A program made the translations under genes and the position numbers. A stretch of DNA of 64,000 nucleotides from assembly GCF_018977255.1 (NCBI RefSeq), contig NW_024704743.1:32428001-32492000 (forward strand), in the 5' to 3' direction. Shown here piece by piece: positions 12,901 to 22,262 of this stretch (within the stretch, counting starts at the first letter, position 1; the number at the start of each line of letters is the position of its first letter). The stretch is from Callorhinchus milii. Its lineage: Eukaryota. Below the pieces are notes generated by a model. That model did no database searches. It was given only the letters and a program-made list of their open reading frames with translations, and was not told the DNA's origin.

Positions 12901-15011
12901 GCAAGCATTTTGAGCTATGTAGAGCAGCAGTAAAAACATTACAGTAAACTATTGATAACTTGACCTTGGCTTAATTTGTCACTACCATTAATTCATCATG
13001 CTGCAGGTTGTACCAGTGTTGGAATTTGCTGTCAATATCCTGGCTGCATTTATTTATTTTTTATGCATATGCCTAACTTGCAGATCCGAATAACTCGTCA
13101 CTGAATCCTTTCCGGTTAGAGTAACGAATCATAAGGAATTCCTGTAGTAGCTATGGCTAGAGGTCTGTCCCACATACATCTTGTTTATTGACTTAACTGG
13201 ATGTCAGTGCTTTCAGACCAGATGAAAGATTATCCAAATGTCTGAATGAGATGGTTTCTGATGACTGTTTAAGTAAAGAAGTTGAAAATGTATAATATTG
13301 CTATGTATAGATAATGTGAATTATATACAGACGTTTGCTCATTCAGCGAAATGTATTGTATGTTCTGCTTCACAGGTTCTTCCTCAAGCTCTGCCTTTGG
13401 GTTGGGATCCAATTCTTTGGCTGCAGCAAATCCGCCAGCATTTGGTACCAGTCAGGCCCCTACGTTTGGACAAAGTACTAACCAGCCACCTGCTGCCTTT
13501 GGTTCATCTACTGCACCTACATATTCATTCTTGACTGACTGTCCACCATCTACCTTTAGTTCACAGTCAACCAGTAGCCAACCATCGCCATTTGTGAACC
13601 AGCTGCGCTCAATTGGTTTCACTTCATCTTCTACCTCAATACAGTCAATATGTCCAACATACTCAAGTGAGTATATGTGCCAACCACCAGTGTTCTACCT
13701 CTCTTTGTTCATTCTTTCCTCTTGGGTTTACTGCATAATTAGGCACAAGGGAACATGTTACCTCCAGCTCACAATGTTGCCATGTTCATTGCCCCTTTAT
13801 TATTTTAGATCAAAGTGAGCTGAAATTACTTCAGTGTAATATATAAAATGTTACACAGAAGTGTATTTTTATATAGAAAAGTGATATTTTAAGTTTAACC
13901 GAATAGCTGCTTTCTATTAATAATAATAATGATAATAATAATAATCAGCAACCACAACTTGCATTTATATAGCGTCCTTTTATGCGGGTATCGTGCTGAA
14001 GCACTATAATAATAATAATACATTTCACATAGGGAGGATGTCTCAAAGTGCTTCACAGAATATACTATGTAAAGTGTAGAGACTGTGATTTTTTTAGGCT
14101 ACAAGATCTTTTTCAATGTAGCCGGTTGTTTGACTTTCTCAGTACTGCCAGCCAAGCTTATTGCATGTGGCCTGTTCAGAGACTTTCTAATGCATGTGCT
14201 TGATTTGCAGGTAACAGCTTCCAGTTTGGGACGAGTGGTATTGGTAATAGTTTTAACATCAATGCCACCAATTCATCGAACAATGTATTTAAATTTAATG
14301 TTGGATCAAGTTCAACAGGAGCACCACAGCAGCTGGGTCCCACTGGAAATTTTCCACTGAACCAAGCCCCTGCATTTTCTCCTGGGTAAGACAGTCATGT
14401 ACGGTGTGAAGATGCTTTCTAGTGCGACTGAATGCTACTTGCAATGGTGTTGATTGGTGGGTGCCCGTAGACACAGGAGACTCCAATTTCTGAAGGGGAA
14501 AGAAGCCTTCATTGTGCAGAGGTTGGCGAGAAAGCTACACATCAGGAAACAAGAAGTTAGCACTTGGACACAAAATGCCAATTGGCAGGGAAGCAAATGT
14601 CAAACATCTGGTTTATCAGGTCACTTGGTGTCTCTGGCTGCACATGTATGGTGTGTAAGCAGCGATGGTAGTGACCTGATGACCTGCAAGTCACTCATTT
14701 TGGCTTTCCTGTACTGGCTGGTGTTGCACTCACATGCAATGAACTCGACCTGTGAAATTTCAATAAGTAAATAGCGAGGACCAAGCCTCAAGTGTTCACC
14801 AAACAGACCCACATTCTATGGGACACTGGGGATTTACAGTGCAAGAAGTTAAACGTCAGTATGTCAACAGCATTTTGCTTGCACATAAGTTAAATGTAAC
14901 ATATGTTCCTTTTCCAGGGCTGTTGGCACCAATCTTTTCTCAGCATCATCTGGCGAGCATTCAACTGTCGCTGGCCGGAGGATAAAGACTGTTATTAGAC
15001 GTAAGAAATAG
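3416..15011 (+). CDS. Predicted chimeric TRIM(RBCC)-NUP153 C-terminus gene, 633 aa; join(3416-3982,5542-5637,8863-9096,10691-10850,12543-12827,13376-13666,14211-14385,14918-15011)
   Basis: Eight GT-AG bounded exons total 1902 nt (634 codons), with no internal stop and intron phases 0,0,0,1,1,1,2 all compatible. Residues 1-352 are TRIM RBCC and 353-633 are a NUP153-like tail. The exon4-exon5 join is inferred from phase only. Confidence 0.75.
5085..5378 (-). mobile_element. tRNA-Ala-derived Deu-type SINE (young family)
   Basis: Reverse complement of the family consensus: tRNA head, GGGACATTGCTGTGCGCAATTGGCTGCC core, (ATT)n tail. Confidence 0.9.
5542..5637 (+). CDS. TRIM exon 2, coiled-coil (96 bp)
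   Basis: tttatttatag|[32 protein letters not shown]|gtaagt; a 96-bp phase 0-0 exon is typical of TRIM genes. Confidence 0.9.
5690..6210 (+). mobile_element. L2-clade LINE ORF2 fragment
   Basis: [41 protein letters not shown]. Confidence 0.9.
7340..8283 (-). mobile_element. CR1-clade LINE 3' fragment
   Basis: [23 protein letters not shown]...[14 protein letters not shown] plus CR1-type 3' UTR. Confidence 0.95.
8863..9096 (+). CDS. TRIM exon 3, coiled-coil (234 bp)
   Basis: ttgatcag|[42 protein letters not shown]...SDTSELLQ|gtaaaa; 234-bp phase 0-0 exon with heptad pattern, typical of TRIM25/finTRIM. Confidence 0.92.
9883..10220 (+). mobile_element. tRNA-derived Deu-type SINE (older subfamily)
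   Basis: Diverged head, Deu core and tail. Confidence 0.8.
10691..10850 (+). CDS. TRIM exon 4, linker/L2 helix (160 bp)
   Basis: ctttctcttaccaaactag|[53 protein letters not shown]+G|gttaaa; phase 0-1; donor is weak beyond GT. Confidence 0.8.
12087..12340 (-). mobile_element. tRNA-derived Deu-type SINE in the TRIM/NUP153 junction intron
   Basis: Head ...CACTGAGCTACAGGACTCCA and Deu core on the minus strand. Confidence 0.85.
12543..12827 (+). CDS. NUP153: NUP153-derived exon (first of the four terminal exons), S/T-rich FG-like tail
   Basis: ttttccctttatcctcaag|(E)[32 protein letters not shown]...ATTSNST+G|gtaaag; resembles human DQGAAKPVFSF...GGGIFGSS (recalled); phase 1-1. Confidence 0.85.
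13376..13666 (+). CDS. NUP153: NUP153-derived FG exon
   Basis: ctgcttcacag|(G)[36 protein letters not shown]...|gtgagt; resembles human SPAFGANQTPTFGQS (recalled); phase 1-1. Confidence 0.9.
14211..14385 (+). CDS. NUP153: NUP153-derived penultimate exon
   Basis: tgatttgcag|(S)[57 protein letters not shown]+GG|gtaaga; resembles human SAFQFGSS..NNSPSGVFTFG..FPFNQSPAAF (recalled); phase 1-2. Confidence 0.9.
14918..15011 (+). CDS. NUP153: NUP153-derived terminal coding exon
   Basis: ttccttttccag|(G)[30 protein letters not shown]; matches the NUP153 C-terminal signature GRKIKTAVRRRK*. Confidence 0.93.
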
Positions 15012-17419
15012 GAGCTAAATGTTTTTGAAATGAATTGTCTTCATTTCATAGAACATGTGCTTTTTAAAATTCTGTTTTTTTTATTGCTTATTACAAACTT
15101 TTATGTAAATATACTATTATTTTCACTCAATCTACTATTCTTGGACAAAAATCTGTGAACATGAATTTTTTGTTATAGCTGATTGTATTATCTATATCTC
15201 ATTATTTAACGTTGCCCAAATCCACTCAGCGTCCTTTCAGATAAAAAACGGGGACTCTTTAAAGTTTGAATATTTGCTTTTGTGATCCACTCTTGTTTGG
15301 ACCAAAACAGTGTTGTACAAAGTACAGTAAAACAGTCTGATCTGTATAAATCGTGGTTTTACTGAAGTCATGCACATGCCAAACCCTGTTCAATTTCTTA
15401 TTAAATCCACTTAAATTTATATGCACCAGTTGTATTGACCACCGTATAACTCGTAACACCGCCACAGCATTTATCGGCTGCCAACTCAAAACTTGTTTAC
15501 CGAACCTTCCTCAAAGAGAAAACCGCACACCTGCACCCCAACGCACTGCGCACCCTCCCTCCCAGGGCAGTAACATCGACGTCATTGTGCACGTCTGCAG
15601 GGGGGAGGGAGGGCTGAGAGAGGAAAGACCGTCATCTGATCACGTGGAGAACGAAGGGGACCCGTCACCACGTGCGCACTCACCGGTCTTGAATCGCAGG
15701 AACCTAAGTCCTGACCCATCACTGAATGCTCACTTAATGGCTGCGATGCCAAAGGACTGCAATTGCAGTCCATAACAGTCAACAAGTACAGAAGACAAGG
15801 TCTTGACCAGTCATGGATTCAGCCAGTGCAGATACCCCAACTAAATGCAAATTAAGTTTATATTCTCTTAAAACAGTTCTGTTTTGAAAGCTGTTTAGTT
15901 GTGCCATTCATTGTACAGTACGTTTTCTCCACATGAGTCACAGTACTGTGCAGTACTATATATGGAAGAATGGGCTACCATAAGTCTAATATGCATGAGT
16001 TAAACATGGTACAGAAACCTTGCCTTAATGTCATCAGCCAGGACAGTACTTGTGTATCTGTTAGGTGTAAGTCATATAAATCTGACTTGTACATAGCTTT
16101 ACTTAAGTCATATATGATACGACTTATGTAAGTTTGCCATAACTCATGCTTTGCATAAATCATATTAAATGTTATGGTCCCAATTAATACAACTTTTGTG
16201 AGTGTTACTGTTTTACCTATATATATTTACATTTGTTTAAATGGACTATAGTGACTTTGGTTAATAAGGAGAACAATTTAATATTAAAGCCAAGTTTATT
16301 ACCTCACAATCCATTGCCAGCTGTGGCCGAGCATCTCCACAACTCCTGCCTCTCCCTCTCACAGGCCAAAACTGCTTTTTACTCCAAGACCATTTTCGAG
16401 GTGAAAACACGGCCCCTACCACTCCCCAGTCCCTACACTCCTTTGCCCTGATTACTCCCACCTCCCTCTCAACCACCATCTCCCAGATGAAGCCCACCAC
16501 CTCCCCCTCCTCTCCTCCCTGCTGGCCGACACAGTCAACCAGTCACTTTCCTCAGGTTCTGTCCTCTTCCCCCTTAAAACCAACAGCACTGATAAACAAG
16601 ACATTGGTCATTTGCTTCACTCGGCGCTTTACAAATGTAATTTGTTGTTGTTGATGGGAGAATGTTAGGGAGGTATTCTGGAGGGATGAGATCAGATGGG
16701 CTGAAGGACTGTCTTCAACCAAATCAATCTTGTGGTCGCTGACTATGTGAAGGCCTGTTGGCTGGTAGTCCATCCCACAAACCAATGACACCATGAAGAA
16801 AAAGCAAGACAAGGTTTTTGTGAATTCTTTGAACGACCCAAATGCTTTCTAGAATGCAAATTACCAAATTATAATAGAGAGAGAGAGGAAGTGTGAAGTC
16901 CGTTATTTGATGGCATATAAGATACACCCACCCTGATTGCAACAGAGAAGCAGTTCAACTCAGAGTGAAGAGTTACTTCCAGGTAACTGCACTTCTAACG
17001 CCTTGGGATGTCCTCCCGACATGAAAGGCACTATATAGATGTAATTTTGTTGTGTTGTTCTCTCAGTACTGCTAACTAAATACCTTTAAACACTGGCCAC
17101 GCTTCAACTCAATGCAGCACAGAAATAATTTATTATTTTGCATCCATATTCTAATGATGGTAACATTAAGAGTTGGAGGATTTACTCCTGATTCTGTAAC
17201 AAATGTTTTTGAATTCAGTTTTCTGCAATGCAGCTGTAGAGTTTGTGAATTGCTTTTAATTTTTACAATGGAGGTGGATGGGATTTTGGGGGGTCAGCAT
17301 AATGAAGTTGATAACTTTGTGAAGACCTCATGGCCAGTCCCATTCCACAATCCAGTGACAGTATAGAAAAAAAGCAAGACCTCCCATTAATGATTCAAAT
17401 GATCTCCAGAATGCAAATA

Positions 17420-18600
17420 CAAACAACAACAAATTACATTTGAATAGAGCCTTTCATATCTGGAGGTCATCCCAAGGCACTGGGCAGGTAGGTAGCCACA
17501 CCCAAACTGGTGGTTGGGATCTGGAGGGGAGGGGTAGGAGATTGACTGAAGCAGGCTCGCAGAGGTGGGTCTTGAAGGAGGCAAGGGAGTTGAGGTGGAG
17601 GGACTGTGGGATGGAATTCCAGACTGTGGGGGTAGAGAGACTGAAGGCCTGTCCCCCAATGGTGGGGCGGGCAAGGCGGGGGATGTAATCAGGCCAGAGC
17701 TTGCTGAGCGGAGGCAGGGGGCAGGTTGGTAGGGGTTTAGGAGGTCGCAGAGGTAGGGGGGAGCAAGGCCGTGGAAGGCTTTGAAGATGAGGACCAAGAT
17801 CTTGAACTGTATCCTCTGAGTGATGGGAAGTCAGTGGAATTGATGGGAGAGGATGGGGGTGATAGGGTCGCAGAGCTTAGTGCGGGAGAGGACACGGGCT
17901 GTAGACTTCTGGATGATCTGCAGCCTGTGGAGGGAGGAGTTAGGGAGGACGACAAGCAGGGAGTTTTGTAATCGAGCCTGGATGTGATGTATGCTTGGAT
18001 GAGGGTCTCGACGGCCGGGGTGAGAGACAATGGCAGAGCCAGGCAATGTTGCGGAGATGGGGAAAGGCGGAGTGGGTCATGGCATAGATGTGGGGGTGAA
18101 GGACAGTTGAGGATTGAACAGGACACCGAGGTTCCGTATTAGCTCCGTGAGGTGTAGAGTGCATCCATGAAGGGGGATGGAATCCCGTTTGGAAGGGTTC
18201 ATAGAGGGAATGGCGTGAGAGGAAAAGCAAAGTTGAGACGCGGCAACTCATTCTAAGCCTTGGAGAGGAGAGGGAGGTTGGAGATGGGGCCACAGCTGGA
18301 GAGTGATGATGGGTCCAGGGAAGGTTTTTTGTGGATGGAGGTGATTACAGCTATTTTTAGGGGGTGGGAACAGTGCCAGTGGATAAGGAGAGGTTGCTGA
18401 TGTTGGTTAAAAGAGGGGCCAGGAGGTGGGGAGAGGGCGGGGGATGGGGTCAAGGGAGCAGGTGGTGAGCTTTATTTTTGAGAAGATGGAGATGAGGTAA
18501 GAGGGGGAGACAGGGTCGAAGATGTGTAGGGAGGGTGGGTAGGAGCCGGGATACGAGGGGGAGGTGGGCAGGGGGTAGCGGTAGACTGGGAGAGGTAGCT
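17420..18600 (-). mobile_element. L2-clade LINE 3' portion
   Basis: [40 protein letters not shown]; (TTG)n tail. Confidence 0.9.
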
Positions 18601-18724
18601 AGCGGTAACCCCCACCCCCCAGCCAGAAAGATTAATAATAATAATCGCATTTGATACAGTGCCTTTCATTTCAGGAGGACATCTCAATGTGCTTCACAGC
18701 AATATACAGAAAATTTTTTTTTAC

Positions 18725-18972
18725 CAGGTCACCAGGAGAAACTCCTGTATCTTTTCTAGTGTTATGGAATATTTATCATTCTATCTGAACATGCAGATGG
18801 AACCTCGGCTAAATGTCTCATCTGAAAGACAACACCTCTGACACTCTGATGCAGTGCTGAAGGAGCACTGCAGTGTCAGCCTCGTCTACGAGCTCAAAGT
18901 CCCAATGTGTGGCTTTGAATCAACAACTTTTAACTCAGAGATGAGAATGCTACTAACAGAGCCAGTCTGACA
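18725..18972 (-). mobile_element. Older SacSINE1-like Deu SINE; related copies at about 19550-19912, 27900-28190, 44860-45045 and 49600-49825
   Basis: Shared motif AATGTCTCATCTGAA..CACCTC..CTTGAACCCACAAC..GCTACCAACTGAGCC; family name is from memory. Confidence 0.65.
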
Positions 18973-19949
18973 CGAGGTCATTAATTGATTGTTAGGTTTA
19001 AGTACTATAACTTGATCAATTTTTGGATGCAGTTTTATTTTGTTCAAGGTGACAAATGAATGAAACAACATACAGGCAAAAATACATTACAATAGACATA
19101 GTTAATGAAGAACTTCTGTTTGATAAATTATATGCTTTAAACAAAGCTTATTACAGACAATAAATGTAATCTATGTTTATTATAAACAATATTAGAACCT
19201 TGAGTAAAACTGCAGGGCTCTTCTCTGCCCTATAATCATTAACACTGCATCCCAATATAATTTTTCTCTCAAACTTACTGCACATCCACATTAAGTTTGT
19301 CATCTCGCTCCCAATTGGCCATTCTTAAAGTGTGGGCTCAGACCATGAATTATTCACAGGCTATTGAATGATGGCGGTAGTGGAGGGCGGGGGTCAAAAT
19401 ATCAATGCACACCATCCAGTTTTGGTGCCCTGTCTAAGACCATCATGTGACAGCTTAGAGCAAACACAAGATTTATTATTAACCTTAAAAATTACTACAC
19501 ACAAACCTTTGTTGTTACCAAGGCCTCCTAGCCAATCTACACTGTACAAAGCGCTTCACAGGGTATACTGTAAAGTGGATTGATTGTGTATTTTGTGGGC
19601 AAAATGCAGCAGCCAGTTGCACACAGCAGTGTCCCATAAACAGTCCTAGAATGAGTGACCGATTTTATTTTGGGGGATTATGGCCATGGCTCTGGGAGAA
19701 ACTCTCTTCTCAAATAGTGCCATGGACAGGCAGATGAGACCTCAGTTTAACGGCTCAGCCGAAGAATGGCACCTCCGATATTGCAACACAACCCCAGCAC
19801 TGCTTTGGAGTGTCAGCTTAGGCTATCTGATCCCAAGTCCCAACATGGAGCTTGAACCCACAAACTTTTAAGTCAAGAGATGAAAGTGCTACCAACTGAG
19901 CCAGGCTAACACACATGAACAGGAGACTTTTTAAAACTGTTATCACTTT

Positions 19950-20270
19950 AAAAACAGTAAGATTATGAAAGGATTCAAGAGGGTGGACATTGGTAGGCTG
20001 TCTCCATGTGTTGGTGAGTGCAAAACAAGGGGGCATAAGTATAAAATTGCTTGTGGTAGATCTAAAAAGAGAATTTAGGAGCAACTTCTTCCCACAGAGA
20101 TTAGCGAGAATGTTGAACTCATTTCTGGAAGCTGTGGTTGAAGCAAAATGTGTCTTTAAGAGGAAACTGGACACATAAAAGAGGGAGAAGAGAACAGAGA
20201 ATATTATGGGGTGGAGGCTGTTGTAGTATATAAACACCAGTACTAACTCATTGGGCCAAGCACTGTGCAA
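19950..20270 (+). mobile_element. CR1 3' end fragment
   Basis: FRSNFFPQRLARMLNSFLEAVVEA..FKRKLD. Confidence 0.8.
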
Positions 20271-22117
20271 GAAAAAGTCTCATTTTTATTACTTCACTAA
20301 AACAACCCAAAGGTTAATCCCTAACACTTGTTCTATTAAATTATGGGGGAGGGGGAGGAGAAAGATTCAATGCCAATGACACTGAACAAAGAAAAGCTCT
20401 ACATTAAAGTACAGGATACGATCAGATTTGGTTAGGCTCTGGTTAACAAAGTTCCAGAGGGTACATTCTGCCCACTCTTGTGACTTGCTTGGCACAGAGG
20501 TTAACTATCCCACACTGCAGAACTACATCTGTACAACTGCAATTAAAGGCAGGAACACAACACAAGGTTTTATCTGAATGAAATGGCAGTCTGAGTTTTT
20601 CTTAAATTAATATAAAATATAAAGTCCCCAAAATGGCTAAGAAAGCTAAGTTTAATACAGCACCTTTAAATTGTCAGTAAATAAAGTTTAGACCTTCCCA
20701 CAATAAAATAGATTTTTACAAGAGGAATATAAATGGTCAAAGTATTGTGCTGTGATGTCACAAAATTAACCAGTGGGTCTCACTGTAGAAGAGCAATTGT
20801 TTTTGCTGCAGTCAATATTATATTGATAACGTTATGTTCGCTAACCAGTTTCTCTCTTCACCGTCCTGGTTAGGTCTCCCTATGGATCAGCCTTTTCAGA
20901 TTAGATATTTTATGTGCTCACACCCATTCACACAAGGCATGTGAAAATTCATCAGATAAAGTATTCTCTGTGTAAATTATAGTTGGAGGTGCATTAGATA
21001 GCGTACCCAGTGCAATAATGCACAAATGCACAAATTAATGCGTGAATCAAGCTTAGAATTCATTGTGAAATGGTAGTTTTCTGAAATGCTTTCTTTAGAT
21101 AAAAAGCTATACAATTCAAATATATACAAAATATTAATTTAAAAACTCATCAAAATTAGCAGATCAAAACACTCATAAATGGATATAAGAGCATGGTTTT
21201 CCTAGGAAGCCAATTGGAACAAATTGTTTTAATTCTAACACTGAGCAATTAAATATTATCATTGCAAAATTGGCATCAGGTTTCAAAGCAACCGATACTT
21301 TTAACACAGAAACAAGGAAGCAAAAGCTTTCAGGGTTAATTCTCAGCAGGTTTTGTTTCTTCCAGATACTTACCCGAAGCAACAAAGCCCTGCAGGTCAG
21401 TAAATGTATGCAATCTTACTGTGTGCGCTTATAATGGCATAAACAGACTGGTACACATGTTCCCCCAAGGTCAGAAAAATTATCGACAAGGGAATCATCC
21501 TAAAAATCTCTTAAATAATACTGTTTTTCCCGTTACTTATTTTGGAGTAAAGCTGATAACAACTATCATCCAAATGTGGACTGCTTAGTGGTCAAGGCTA
21601 TTTTGAAGCCTGACCGGTTAGTTGCTTAGTGATAAGGGCCTACGTTTTCTTTAAGAGATCAAAAATGGTTGAGTTTTCCAAAGCAGCCACAGAAAATGAA
21701 TGCATTGCAGGAATTGTTACTGAAAACCAAATTCAACTGTGATGAAGAAAGAATGCTGATACAGCAAATGAAAAATGCTAATAGTCAGTGACAAATCCAA
21801 TTCCGCACCACACTGAAACTATCTCTTCCTGCAAAATTGCGATGCTCTAATTTTGAGATTTTGCATATCCTTCATTTCAAATGCCATATTGCCAGCCTTC
21901 AAAATAGATAGAATTCTAAAGAACAAGTCAACTCCTGCCTTTAGTGCAGTCTGAGATAATGCAAATGTTTTCATTCTCAAACTGAATTTTTCATATATTC
22001 AGCATCTGTTTCAAATGATCGGTGGCTCCTGATTAGGTAATTCTTTCCCTTTCTTCTTGTGCTGTTGCAGTCATCCAACATATAGGAAACTGTAAATTGG
22101 AAACACCCTGTGTTGTC

Positions 22118-22262
22118 TCATCTTGCGCCATTTCTCTTTACCACGATGGTTCCAGCTACGATATCATACGCTGTACGGTTGTGTTGAAAGAAGAGTAGCG
22201 TAACAAAGGCAGGGAAAAAGAAGGCAATGGAGAAATTCTTGATCAGTGCTCGTATTGCAGAC
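22118..22262 (-). CDS. FAM8A1: FAM8A1 exon 5 (coding part)
   Basis: [47 protein letters not shown]. Confidence 0.95.

Noticed and set aside
16740..17420. Two similar segments of about 120 bp (16745-16865 and 17318-17420)
   Set aside because: Both read as decayed antisense CR1 ORF2 ends (GVIGLWDGLP-like), not a gene duplication
15012..22117. Search for a PRY-SPRY exon for the TRIM
   Set aside because: No LDP.TA, YWEV or GV.LD-type motifs in the plus-strand ORFs; the region is repeats and UTR-like sequence
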